Positions 28,157 to 41,255 of a stretch of 64,000 nt of DNA are shown here, one piece after another. How positions within the stretch are numbered: position 1 is the first letter of the stretch; each line of letters opens with the position of its first letter. A program made the translations under genes and the position numbers. Source of the DNA: Lingula anatina (lineage: Eukaryota > Animalia > Brachiopoda); assembly GCA_051362555.1 (NCBI GenBank), contig CM120648.1, forward strand, positions 15,434,587 through 15,498,586, read 5' to 3'. The notes under the pieces are model-generated. The model searched no databases and was not told the DNA's origin. It saw only the letters and a list, made by a program, of their open reading frames with translations.

Positions 28157-29816
28157 CAGGGTTGCTACTTAATATGGAATATTTTTTATCATTGTTATTT
28201 TTGAGTACTGATTAATTTTTTTTTGGCTTGAGTCATTAAAAAAGTATGCCACTGAGTAATAAAAACATCCAGTCTTCTGTTGTGAGATATTTTGGTCAAT
28301 GATATCAAATCTGACATAAGATGCTATTCAAAAGAAAGGAACACCCCCAGAAAACCACATCAACAGTTTAATGTCAGTATTAACTTTAAGCTAAGATATT
28401 AAAGTAAATGATAGCCTCCGGACAGTGATATGTTACACAATCAAAGAACTCACTACAGTAAATCATGAAAAGCCAGTAATTGCGGGTATGACCTCCAGCA
28501 GCCGCTTGCAGCGCCCTCATCCTACATGGCATACCCTGTAACACGTTTTGTAGAGTTTGGATGGGGATATCATTCCACGCAGTGATATTTGCCTGTCGCA
28601 GTTCATCACTATTTACCGGCCAATGACCATAGCTATTAATTTTGTGAGTTACTTTTGCCCAAAGATTTTCAATTAGGTTCATATCTGGAGAGTTTGTAGG
28701 CCAGGGCAGTTGCTGAACCCATTGGTTTTGAAGAAAAACAGTGATTCTGCGGCCTCGATGTGGGGTTGCGCAGTCGTCTTGGTACACAAAGTTGTCCTTG
28801 AAGATGGCTCTTACCAATCGAAGCATCGTTTGCCGTAGAATGTCTCTGTAGGAATCCTGGCTGAGGTTGCCTCTTACAAAAACCAACTGGTTCTGGGCAC
28901 CGACATGAAATTCTCCTCAAACAGAGACGTTACAACCCCCTGCTTGCACCCTAGGTAGTACACAACCATCGTTTTATGTCCCTCGTACACGTCGGTGGAC
29001 ACGGATTCGACCATCAACCCTAAAAGATCCATATGTGGCCTCATTACTGAAAACGACGTGATTCCAGTGTTTTGGCTGCAAACGCACGTGGTCCCCAGCC
29101 CATTGCAGGCGTCGCTGTATATGACCTGCTGTTAACAGTGGTTTCCCTACTGGCCTTCGTGCAAAATAACCGGCTTGCAGTAATCTCTTGTTCACGATTG
29201 ACGTTGAAACGGGCGTTTGAATGACATTCTGCCTCTCTTTTCTGAGGACACTGGTTGCCTTTGTACGACCAGCACGGCGTCCTCTAAGGAGAAGGCGATC
29301 CTGTCTTCTTGGTGTGATACGCGGACACCATGGTCGAGGTATTGGAGTAGGTGCCCCTGTTGCAGCATTTCTTTGGAGGACTTTACAAACGGTTCTTGAT
29401 AAATGTTGAATTACCTGGCAATGGCTGTCCGTTTCTGGACATTTTCTCTGAGAGCAAGAGTCCCATAGTAAGCTGCTTTGCTTAGCTGTCGAACCATATC
29501 TTCAATAAGGTACCTGTCAAGTTTCAGTGCGATCCCTTTGTTGCTTCTCTAAACACACTCCAAAGATTGACCAAACCCATGCGTTTTTATACAAGGGCAG
29601 AAATTGCCGAAAAGACCACCCCTCACATTTCTGACCACAGAAAATGCAACTGTATGCATCAATTGTTTCGAGAGTTGTATGGTAATTAGGTAACACACCT
29701 GGCTACTCAGGGAGTGACACCTCAGATTTGGATGTAAAGTAGTTAGAGAGAAAATAAATATTTTGTAGAAAATTTACTCGCCAAAAAATAATATTCCATA
29801 TTAAGTGGTAACCCTG
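28157..29816 (-). mobile_element. Tc1/mariner element (1660 bp) nested in the right arm of the larger element
   Basis: TIR cagggttgctacttaatatggaata / tattccatattaagtggtaaccctg; TA duplication at 28155-56 and 29817-18. Confidence 0.92.
28476..29497 (-). pseudogene. Decayed Tc1-type DDE transposase
   Basis: Fragments RRPVGKPLLTAGHIQRRLQWA, WNHVVFSNE (first catalytic Asp reads Asn), YQDDCATPH, WPTNSPDMNLIENLW, AAGGHT; frameshifts and stops between fragments. Confidence 0.9.
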
Positions 29817-30248
29817 TATTTCTAAAGAATTCAATAAATTGGCGGCCATTTTGGATTTTTTGGCCAAACGGTAAATTTTTTCTGTGGGCTACGGCTCTAA
29901 TTTGATTTAGAATGTCAAAAGGTACCCACATGCAAAATTTGATGCTTTTATCCGCCGTGTCACGATTTTTTCCTTAAGCCACCGGACTACTGTAGGTTAA
30001 ATCTGTGCCATCTGTTATTTCGTTTAATTTGCTGTGTCGCGTGGTCAACTATTGAACAAAGTGTTTGTTTGAGCTTGGATTTTGTGCATTTAGTATTTAT
30101 AGGAAACGAATAAGTAAAAGAGTGAAGAAACTTGGCAGAAAACCCAGCGAATTATATATTCATACAGTAAAAGTGACAACAAACCAAATAGATTTTTGAA
30201 ATTACCGTAGCAATTTACATAAAATCCTAGTAGCCGAAGAATGACGAA

Positions 30249-30286
<38 letters not shown>

Positions 30287-30530
30287 AACAAAAAACAAAA
30301 TAGTAACAATTTAAAGGAAAAAAAATATCGATATCGTAAAGAAGCTAATATTAGACGTAGCCTCACTTTACACAAATCACATATATATTTGGGGTCTGTT
30401 TGAGATCTTTTAATGCCAGGCCAGCGGGAAGGGATTTGTAAGGGATAATGATACAACTTGTGAGTTAAACCACGAAGTAGAAGACTAGTAAGATATAAGA
30501 ATCGTACTAAAAGGTCATTTACTTTCTTAT

Positions 30531-30678
30531 ATTTGCCGTGACCGCGTCATTCCTCAACTCTTGGTTTACTATGGCGGAGTTTGCTGTCATTGTCATGCTT
30601 GCTCCCACTGATTCCATCATACGAAACGTTATTCCGAGTCCTAGAAACCATTCCTCAGACTGAATTTGTCCAAGAAAT
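30531..30678 (-). pseudogene. Copy of MFS exon 4 with both splice sites mutated
   Basis: FLGQIQSEEWFLGLGITFRMMESVGASMTMTANSAIVNQELRNDAVTAN; same 148 nt as 11241-11094, frame open; acceptor AG->GG and donor GT->AT. Confidence 0.88.
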
Positions 30679-31070
30679 CCAATGCAAAATAGAAAGATAA
30701 TAATAATTATAATATATTTAAAACACCTTAGAAAGAAAGGGTATCTTTTTCTTTTTTTTTAATTGTGGACTGAAAGTACCGTGTAAAGTACTGAAATAGT
30801 TAATCCAGGTGAAAGTAACAATAGAATGAGGCAGATGACACAAAGCAAACAACCTGCTAAATCAATCGGGTCTCACACGTTAAAAGAAAAATGTACTTTA
30901 TTACTGTTTTATATATTTTACGACCACCCTGGACTAAGCAAAGCCGTGGAACCGTCAGAGCCTAACACCTTTTTCTGTAGCTTTCCCATAGAAAGTCTGT
31001 ATGATACTGGTCGGTTTTTATGTTATGTTATTTTATTTTATCTCTCTATGTTTATGTTTTTAAGACGTTC

Positions 31071-31145
31071 CTAAACAATAAAGAGCTGACCCCAAGTAAT
31101 ATAAGCCCCACGGCCTAGTATATCCGGGCTCCTACCCTAGGTAAC
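31071..31145 (-). pseudogene. Second decayed copy of MFS exon 3
   Basis: ctaaacaataaagagctgaccccaagtaatat...cgggctcctaccct aligns to 11632-11705; donor GT->GA. Confidence 0.8.
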
Positions 31146-31329
31146 CGTAATAAATAGGACACTGATTCAACACAAATTTAGATTAAGAATGAATATAAAA
31201 CAAGTAACATCAGTACATCATCCGTTTAGACATTGCATTCATAAACGAATTTTTATTATTAAACATAATGAAAAGCAAACACACAAAGGAAATAAAACGC
31301 ATTCAGGTATGCAGAAAACGGTGCATAAG

Positions 31330-31485
31330 AGTTCATGAAGTCATGAGAAGTCTTTAGGTAATGAGAAGTGATGAGGTCATGAGAAGTCTTGAGAGATCAT
31401 GACATTTCACGAGAGGTCATGAGAGGTCATGCAATGTCACGAGAGGTCATGAGGTCAAGAAAAGTATTGAGGTCATGCAAGGCCA
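31330..31485. repeat. Degenerate 10-bp minisatellite (gagaggtcat)
   Basis: About 14 variant units such as gagaggtcat, gagaagtctt, gagagatcat. Confidence 0.8.
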
Positions 31486-33375
31486 AATGTGAATGCATAT
31501 GAGGTGAATGCCTATGATTTTTCTAACACTAACATTGTAGTCTACTTAAATTTTAAGGATTTTAGACTTAAATAATAATTATAATAACAATAATAATAGT
31601 TATTTTAATTTGTAATATTATTTCATTTTATACTTAAATTTTGTAAACTAGTTCAGAAGTCCCTGATATCAGAGGGATCCAAAATACTTCAGGGCTCTAT
31701 TATAGTTTTACAAGATCAGCTGTGATAATACATTGTAATTGATATTTATTCGCACAACCTGCGTGATAAAAGTTGTTTTCAACGTAAGATGCGACCCCAG
31801 CTCACTCCTTGTCCAAACGGTTTCAGATTTGTTCATGGTAATTGCACAGCGTATTGAGATATCTTATTAGAAAGAAATGTTTGATGTTTTATAATTATTG
31901 AAAGAATTTATACTATAATTAATGGTAAAGCTGGTGACTTTGTTAGCCCAAAGCAGGGACGGATCCAAGGATCATCTGAATGGGTGTCGTTTTTTTTCTT
32001 TTTTTATAGAAATGACAGGCCTTGGGTACGAAGCCGGCCTTCGGCACCCTTGGGCTGGGGTTCGGGGCCCGCTGAAAGGCACTGAAAAAATGGTGCCATT
32101 TGATACGGTTCAAAACTATGGATCAGTTAATCAAAATTCTATTTTCAAGAGGAGAATATTCGTGTGATTTATTTAAAAATCCCTAAATCCGTCACTGTAA
32201 GATTCCATGCTATACCGAGAAGGCTACTGAATTTATTCAAGTTTTTTCGCTTTTATTGTACGGAATGTTCCTATTTAGATGACTTCTGATGCTTTTATTT
32301 TCATTTTGTTTTACAATGGGATAACATTTAACTTCACCTGTAACGTTATAGAACACGATGAGAGTCAAAGCAGATCACACCTTGACCACTGAATCTCCGC
32401 TAATAGGCTTCAGATCAAATGGAAACTTTTTACCTAGTCACAGAGAGGGCCAGTTCGAATGTACATGTTCACGTCTGAATTACAATCGATAGCCCAGGCA
32501 CCGTGCAAATCAAGTTCATATCGCTCAACGCCAGTCCCCAAGCATGGTCTTATCATAAACTTTGAAGTACATACCTACCAAACTGCAGGGCGCGGCACCG
32601 AAGGGTCTAAAATTCACCGGTAGATCGGATCACGCTACCGGTTTTCAAGGTGTGTATCAGTACCTGCTTTGTCGTATCAGATTCGGCAACCTCTTGCCTT
32701 GATGTGTTAACGATGGTTCTGAGCGGGGTTGAAAAGTAGTGCAACGTGGAATTTCTGGGAAGATAATTATGATTCTATAAAGTTTAAAATATCCCTAAAA
32801 CCTAACATTTGGATACCGTTCAAGTGACATCTTAATATACCTACTAATTTTTACTTCCCTTGTCATTTCACTTAGAGAGCATGGTGAAAAGATAATTAAA
32901 TCACGGACTTTGTTAAATCCAGGTTCACAATTACATTTACCTGGAATAACATTGAAACTATCGATAACCTGCACGTATTGCTTTCAACGATCAAAGAGTT
33001 CATTCAAACAATGTGTTCGTGACGTGCTGCTTGTCTAACAATAAGACTGCTACGGTTTCCGATTCCGTTTTTTGTTCACCACTAATTTTGGCTGACGTAC
33101 AATTGGACAATTTGACGTACAAAAGGTCAATTTGATATGTGCAATAAGATATTACTGCGTGGAAAATCTGTAATCTACCTCACTTTCTTGTTTCTTATTT
33201 TTGTCTTCTGGTTCGAGAAACGTTATCAATGCTTTTGCTTATGCATCTTTTCCATAAATTTCTTAGTGCCTGGCTGGGTTATTTTATAGTAAGCTGGTCG
33301 TCTTCTATAAAAACAGAAGCATGACTTGCTGAAATAGGCTTTGAAACAGCTCAGCGGCAGCTGACAGTTCTTGCA

Positions 33376-35827
33376 ATGGATTCTCATATGCGGAGCAACA
33401 AGCAGCAGTATTTTTTATTGCTCCACCTATTTCTTCGAGGAGTCTTAAGCGTGGAGTCACTCAGCCCACAGCCATTGTTCAGCGTAACGAGCACCCAAAC
33501 CATATCTGGTGTAGATAGCAGTAATTCATCGGAGGCGGAAGTTTCCTCCCAGGTTGATGTCCCAAAGAATCCACCGCTACAATATCAGACTTCTTCAACA
33601 GCAGTCAGTATCACCGGATCCTATTCAGGTGTAGATAACAGTGATGTGGAAGAACCGGTGACAGAGCCCCCATTGGAGGAAGTCTCCATTGACGGAATGA
33701 ACACAACAATGGCTCTTTTTCCGTTCGACTCGAAAAGGGAACAAGACGACTCAAATTTCACTACGAGCCCACCAGCCCAAGGGGAATCCACAGTGACACT
33801 TTGGAATGGCGCTTCACTTCCCTTTAACTCCCCGAGAACATTTTGCTCAGGGAAATTCGTAGTTCAGACAGGTGAGTGCTACTGTGACAACTTTTGCGAT
33901 TTGTTCCAAGACTGTTGTGCCACTGAATACTGTGAGAAACGTTCTTCATCGGTGGGAATGCGCTTAAACTCCAGCAAATTTGAATGCATCAAGCAATCTA
34001 GTTCGCATTTTCCTCAACTTAATCCCCAACATTTCTGGATGGTGACATCATGCCCAGATGAATGGCCCCATGATAACGTGCGCACTAAATGTGAAGGTCC
34101 TCGAAATACCAGTGAAGTTGGCAGCATTGTTCCTGTGTCTGACTTGGCAACAAACGTGACATTTCGTAATGAATATTGTGCAGTGTGCCATGGTATATCA
34201 GATGTCCAACAATGGGATTTTTACTTCACGTGTCACAGATCCTTATCTTTTGGCATTGACAGTTTTTTCAACATTATCGATGGAGACGATATTGCGGAAC
34301 AGGCAAGATCAACCCATGGTTGTAGCTTGTTCTTTCGCCCTCCCGTCGACATGCCCGGCAGACCGTGTATACCATCTGATCTCATGCCAGTTGCTTCAGT
34401 ATCGGGCGTAAGCATCATGGCATTGCAGTGTCGCAGAGACACACACCAAGAACACAAGGAACTTTGTTTGACAGGACCAATTTCCGTCACTCGTGTACAG
34501 TGGTGGTCGTGGTACTATTACGCAAGGAATGCCTTTTGTTGGCTTTGCAGATGGCCCAGTAACCTTCTGACGCACATCAGTAATTGTACTGTTTCGGGTA
34601 AGTTTTATTTCTTTTTTTTTTGTCTCAGGGGGAAAGTGAAAATGTTAATTGGACGCATTGGATAAGTAAAACAATAGCTACAACATATTCTATAAAAGTA
34701 TTTTCAACATTTCAACATTTAAATTATATTAAAGCACTGCTCCTGATTTTGTTTATCTAGAGTTTCGGATCGGAACGCGGAGGGTTACTGCTATTCTAAT
34801 GTGATTGTTGTCTTCTTTTTCCTTCATCGATTCAAAGCTTCTGATAGGAATTCGGAAAATGTAAATATTTGGTTGATAAACTGTCATCATATGGCAATTA
34901 CTTCTGTCTTCTTGCTTTCTTGTTTTAAAAGTGTCACTAACTAACTGCAGTTAAACACTGTCTCATCTGTTATTTTATTTTATGAATTGTATCGCGTGGT
35001 CAACAATTGAACAAAGTATCATTTGTTTGAGCATAGTTAACAATTTACTCTGTCTCTTATTATTTCAGAAATAGCTGTTGTACATTTTATGTATATAGTA
35101 TTGACAGAAAGTGAATGAATAAAGGAGGAAAGAAACTTGACAGAAAACCCAGCGACTTTTATATTCATAAAGTAAAAGTTACAACCGAACCAAAATAAAA
35201 TTTTGAAGTTCCAGCAAAAATTTACATAAAATACTAGTAGCATCATCGCAACATGTGCGTAGGAACCGAATAAAGGACTTACAAATAAGGAAAGTAACAA
35301 AGAAAGTAACACGTTTTAAAAAACAATATCGATATCGTAAACAAGCTTATTACACGTAGCCCCACTTTATACGAACCACATGTACTGAAAAACGAACGGA
35401 AATAACGATAGTCTTATCAGAAAGTTAGTTGAGCTAAAGAAACCCGTATTCGGATTGGTCTCTTTGAGACTTTTTAATGTTAGGGACTTAAAATAAATGA
35501 ATAATTTAAAATAAAAATTAAATTAAATAAATTAAAAATTAAAACTTTCTTGACTGGGAACAGTGACGTAGATAGTGGATATTGATTCTAGTGGCACGGG
35601 TCGGCTTTGGTCCTACTTACCTAAATAAATTACCGTTTTACTGCAACGAAGAGTGGCTGCCCTTTCTGTTTGATATGTTGCTGTTAAGGCCACCGTTTGA
35701 CAGAGGAGCCTGCGCGAAGACAACGTCGTTGTAGACATATCTTAAAGAGAAAGAAAACCCCTAGTAATATTTTTCTTTTAAGTTTTTTCTTTGGAATTAT
35801 ATTTGCCTCGCTGAAAAGGCAAATGTA

Positions 35828-35866
<39 letters not shown>

Positions 35867-37527
35867 ACAACCTCCCGTATTATTCAGTGCATCTATTTAT
35901 CTTTCCAGCATCAAGTCAATCCTTCGATCCGCCAGGTTATACTGTCCAGATCGACACCTCTGGGGCGCGGTATAAGAAACCATGTGAACGAAGCACAGAC
36001 CAGGTAAGCCGTTAATTTGAAGAAGCCATGGGGATAAAATTACAAAATTGTGAAAAGTTGGGTCATTTATTGCCTGAAAGAAATATCCGTCCTTTACGAA
36101 ACAACACCAAATTCTGACAACCAAAAGTGAAGACGGCAAAATTCCTTTTGTAGTAATTTATGAACTCCTTTTTAATTTGTACCATTTTAGGAATTACGTA
36201 TTGTTTTATAATTTAAAGTTTATTGTTAATTTTCTTTTTAATATCTTTCGGAAACTTAAACCTTAAGGTGGCAATTTTACCTAATAAATTATTATTTTTA
36301 AATTATTATAAAGATTTTAGCGATAGAATATCAGGTATGTTCTTGTGACAATCCGCATTTTCTCTCCAGCAGAATACAGCTGTGATAGATCCATACTCCT
36401 GGAGGGAATAAAAAATTATTTTAACGCAAGCATTATGGATCACGTACATGTAAAAAATATATACTTTTTGGGGTTTAGAAAAAATGCCATAGAAAATTTA
36501 AAGCTGGTTAAAATGGCGTTTCATTTCTATTACATCATTAGACGCGTCTACAGATTGTTATCATGCAATATCCGCCTTATATCATTTTTTAAGATAGACG
36601 TCGCCTCTGTCTATGTAGTACACCTTAGACACGCTCTTATTAGACTAGCGATATTTTTTAAATACTGACGTTAATTGTGTAAACGTTTGATAGCGTTTAG
36701 CGGTGTCTTTTGTCACATTTTTGTGCTCGCTAAACATCCGATTTGACGGTGTATATATACACATATCCCGATAAATGAGACTTAAATAGTCATGTTGGAT
36801 ATGGAAACTGGACCTTTTAAAGAATCTATATATAAAATGATTTACAGCTGTGCTGCTATAATATGGCAGAAGAAACAAAAAAGTTATAGTTACAAGAACC
36901 CTTTTAAAAATTGTGTATATCTGAGGGGAAACGTTTGCTTTACAGGCACTTTGCAACGAGGAAGAGGACCAGTGTTTTACTCCAATACGGTATATGGTCA
37001 ACACTGATTTTACCATCCAAATGGCGCTTATGTCGGAACAGGAACAGAAGGCTTCTGCAGTTAAAGGAATTTGTGACGCTAAGATATCTTATCTTTTCTC
37101 TACCAAGATTTACAAAGCTATCGGCGACGGTGCATGGCACTTTATGCCTGACCGGAAGACGTGTACAGAGATGAGCCGCAATGCAACAAACCAATCACTG
37201 GTGGCAGTCTTCAACTTCCAGGTCAGATTAACCAAAATGATCAGCGAAGGTGAAGGTTCCAAGCTGTTTGCTTCCTACCGGGCAGAGTTCTCTAGGACGC
37301 TGAAGGCCAGGAGAGAGACGGTCTACTTTGACGGCAAAGATTATCTTGTCATCTTGCTGGATTCTGACGAGGGCCGCTGCTCAGAACGGGAACTGCCGAT
37401 AAAGGTGCATGACGGGAAAAATGGCACGACGTCGTCACGTTCCAGGGGTGGTCTGCGTGGTGATGCACTAGTACATTCCGTGTTTGCTATTTTATTGGGT
37501 ATTTTAGCTTGTAGTTGTTTGATTTAA
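33376..37527 (+). CDS. SMB/Cys-rich, putatively GPI-anchored surface protein, copy 2 (3 exons, 632 aa)
   Basis: Exons 33376-34597 (G|GTAAGT), 35909-36003 (ttccag|, SSQSFDPPGYTVQIDTSGARYKKPCERSTDQ, CAG|GTAAGC), 36946-37527 (ttacag|ALCNEEEDQC...TAA). Phases 1 and 0 consistent, total 1899 nt. C-terminus SSRSRGG..ALVHSVFAILLGILACSCLI with no cytoplasmic tail. Confidence 0.88.
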
Positions 37528-37535
37528 TATACCGT

Positions 37536-37695
37536 GGTGACAAGAATGGTAGTTCACTAGTCAGCTCCCCATTACTTCGTACAGGTGGGATTCGTCCCAT
37601 ATACCGGTAACAACCCCAATACTCCTACTAATACTAAGCTGTACTAATCATTTGCGAACCTGGACTTCCATTCCTAGGACTACCATTCCTGCCAC
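37536..37695. mobile_element. MITE immediately after the copy-2 stop codon
   Basis: gtgacaagaatggtagt / ggactaccattcctgccac; homologous to 3662-3822. Confidence 0.7.
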
Positions 37696-39424
37696 AGCCG
37701 GCATATGTCATTTTCATTTACTACTACTTTTAAATGACCCATTGACTTGTTCGACACGGGGTGGGGGTGGGGGTGGGGGTGGGAGGAGTAGGGTAGAAAG
37801 AAGAATTCAGTTCCAAAAAGGTAGATAAGTCACCAAGTGAAATTTTATTCATAATATTGTCTTAAATGTTAATTAAAAAGAAAAGACCCTGTCTTGCAAC
37901 ACTTGTCTTAACTGTAAAAACATCTTAGGCATGGTAGTCTTAGGTAGATTGTCAACATATTCTTGGCTTCTAGTGTGCACCTCTTTATTAGACTAGTGTT
38001 AGTCATAATCACCCACAACCAGGGGAACAAAGAGCTTTTGTCACTAGATATAGATGTATCTGTGGACAGTGAGTATTAGAGTCTGTTCTGTAATTTTGTC
38101 TTTCTTTTTCGCACAAAACCGTCGTTTCCAGGCGGCCTGGTGGACAGCATATCATATCCAAGTTAACAAATGATTATACAATATTAATAAGCCACTAGGT
38201 CACTGTGGGCACGTCCCCCTCCACAAGGTGTTTAGGTAAGTTTACCCCCAATCTCCAAAAAAGGAAGCAAAGCACATTTCCATCCCTATGCTGTCTACCG
38301 CGGTACATTGTAGTAAAACTGTACTTGTTTATTGCTTATTTTCCCAATATCAGCATTTTGCTCTTTCCTGATCTCCCAGCTTGTGTGGTAAACCGCCCTT
38401 TAGCTTTATACGCCCAAAGACGTCTTAAAATACGCAAGAATTCACTGGTACTGGACCTCATCCGATATGTTTTTGTGCAGTTAGTATGAAAATGTATAGT
38501 ATGGGATTCGTCTTATAAAGCATTCCATAGGCGATACACAAAACACAGTGAATTTGGCAGACATAAAATGATATAACCAGGGAAATAAATCGTAGTTTTT
38601 TATCATTTTTATCATTTAATTCGTTGCGGCACGCACCCGGTAGAACGCCATTATTTCTGATCCTACTCTCGTCCACGTCCTGCAAAATGTCACTTAATTT
38701 TACGCTACATTTATTTTCTGAGAATTAGGGGCATCTCAGTTGATTCGCATGAATAGTGCTTTCTACCTGAAAACTCTTTTAAAATGGCCCAGAGGAACAC
38801 CGAGTCACCATCAATAAAAAGTTGGTGCTTTGTTTATATTGGTATAAAATATTTCTGTAGCTCATGTACATTTTATCTTTGCATATTGGAAATCAACATC
38901 AAAGTGGTAGTAATTATCAAATGGGGATTTGCTCATATACTAACTGTTATGTACAGAAATATTAATCTCTAGAGTATATATTATTAGACGGAAATAATTG
39001 TACATGTAATGTAGCATTGTATGTATATGTAAAGTGTCAAGGTGTGAAGTAAGACGTCAATTTTTCACATTAATTAATTTTGACTTAACCGTGCGATTGT
39101 AGAATGCGTTTGGTGCAATGACTGGGTGCCGTTTGCACAGTTGCTAGGAAACGTTAACTAAAGCCATCTAGCGCATAGCAAAAGCGTATAAGAAACAGTG
39201 CCCATTAGCAGACAGTCTGGAGTACGCTACCAAGCTTAATTAATCACCATATATTGAACCTGATACTGGTATATATTAATATGATATCGTTCAATATTTG
39301 CTTTCAATGTGCCCTAATATTCGTAGTTTACTCGAGATTATGTTATTTTTGTTAAGTGTTTTATTGAATTCAATTTACTGGTTTTAAATGGATCAACGAA
39401 TGAGTTGGCTGGGAGAGCGGTGGC

Positions 39425-39572
39425 AGAGAAAGATAGAGAGAAAGAGAGAGAAAGTGCAACAAAGCGAAAGAAAGGGAGAGCAAGAGAGAGAGAGAGAGAG
39501 AATGATGGAGAGAGAGAAAGCGAGAGAGAGAGAGAGGGAGAGTAAGAGAGAGAGAGAGAGAGAGAGAGGAGG
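39425..39572. repeat. GA-rich purine tract
   Basis: (GA)n variants; longer paralogous tract at ~52930-53190. Confidence 0.9.
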
Positions 39573-41152
39573 GGGTTGTCACTTCTTTTATAATGCAAAT
39601 ATATTCAAGACAAACATGTTCTAAAATATTCGTAACTTTATATTCTTGTATAGTGTAAGAAAAAATAACATTTGGCTCAGGTCTGACCATAGTCGCATGT
39701 GTAAAGAGCATTTGATTATTTCGTTGAGTTGATAGACGCAGCCAATACAGATGTAATGTTGGACGCAGGGTCAGTAAAAGTCAGGTGGTCAGTAAAGTAG
39801 GGTTGTTGTCTGTTGACCAGAGGTCACAGGGTCGGTCCAGGCCCCATGAGGTAGTTCCCGCCAGATGTCAGCATGTTATCTGTGTGTAATAAATCAGTGA
39901 AGTTGTATCATGAGTTGTTGTGTTTTTCTTTAAACCGAAGTGACAGAAAATCGGGTAATCAAAACTTCCATTGCAAAGGATGGAAGGCTGTGGCGAGAAC
40001 AATTACAAAAAAAAAAAAAAAAAAAAAAAAAAAATAATAATAATAAAAATAAAATAAAATAAAATAAAATAAAATGTGTCATGCAATTACAAAAAAGCAT
40101 CAGCTTACAGAACAATGAGACACGTGCTGCCATATCATTCATATGTCGTCTTCCAACGTAGAGCAGATCTTTATCTCAATAACATACGAACTTCACCGAT
40201 GGATAAGCTTTCCTGATGATTTGATGGTTTCTTTCTCCGGTTCTTAATCTTCTTAGTGTTTTCAAAGCAAAGTGCAGACTGTATCAGGTAGTCTACAGAA
40301 ATGACAAAAAAATCCATATACGTTATCCACTTCTTGTAAGTTAGTGTTACATCTGTCTTTAATTGCTGTCTCTCCTTAGAAAATGCATCTCACCACGATC
40401 CACTAATAAAACAATAGCGTTGTTCAAGATAAATATTTATTAATCCAATGCCGCTTAAAAAATGCAGTATCAGCAAAATAGGGTATCGTGTGAAAATCTG
40501 GATGCATACTATAGAATTAACAATGTTATGAAAGGTAGATGTAAACTGAAATAAGCAACGTTTAGTTAAAGAGAATAATACTGGCAGATTAAAACAGAGT
40601 AAAACACGTTTGTTGTTCTTATAATCTAAAAGATTAGCTTTGTCTTATAAAAGAAGTAATGGTAACAGCGACAGTTAACTATAGAATTTGTATTTGTGTT
40701 TATAGTTAACGTTTGTAAAGCGGAATTGGCTTGTCGGTTTGCCCAACCAATACATTGTCTTTTGGATCAATAAATATGATATATTAAAATGGTATTAAGG
40801 ATATTGTCACCCCTCACCCCAAACCCTTTATGTACTGCTTTACATACATTATTTTGGGTAATAAATAAATCTTCAGTGTTCAGTGACTAAATATATTAAC
40901 ATTTACACATATGTCATTATACGGGTGACGTCATGATTGCGATTGTGGGGGGAAAAACTGAAAAAGTCGGTTTTTCAAGTTTCTCTTTTACCTAAACACT
41001 CACGATCACCATTTTAACGCCCATTTTATGACTCCATTTTGTACTCCAAAACCCTGCCAGCGTTTTCTTTTAAGTCTTAGTTATCAGGTCAAAATAGAAA
41101 GGTGTTAAACTGACGATTAATGCTTCGAGTTGCCTATGCTTATACATTGCCA

Positions 41153-41159
41153 AAAAAAA

Positions 41160-41253
<94 letters not shown>
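41153..41253. repeat. poly(A) + (AT)n microsatellite
   Basis: Direct observation. Confidence 0.95.

Positions 41254-41255
<2 letters not shown>

Larger units (their letters stand above)
25672..29989. mobile_element. 4.3-kb long-TIR non-autonomous DNA transposon (TAG...CTA ends, CTG TSD; possibly Academ-like)
   Basis: tagtccggttgcttaggg / ccttaagccaccggacta; CTG at 25669-71 and 29990-92; inverted homology over several hundred bp; repeated aaatccaagatggc motifs pointing in opposite directions in the two arms; empty site in paralogous introns (~34945, ~45720). Superfamily call is tentative. Confidence 0.85.

Noticed and set aside
39338-39711. Leu/Ser- and Arg/Glu-rich ORFs (also 52881-53225)
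   Set aside because: Products of GA microsatellite tracts.
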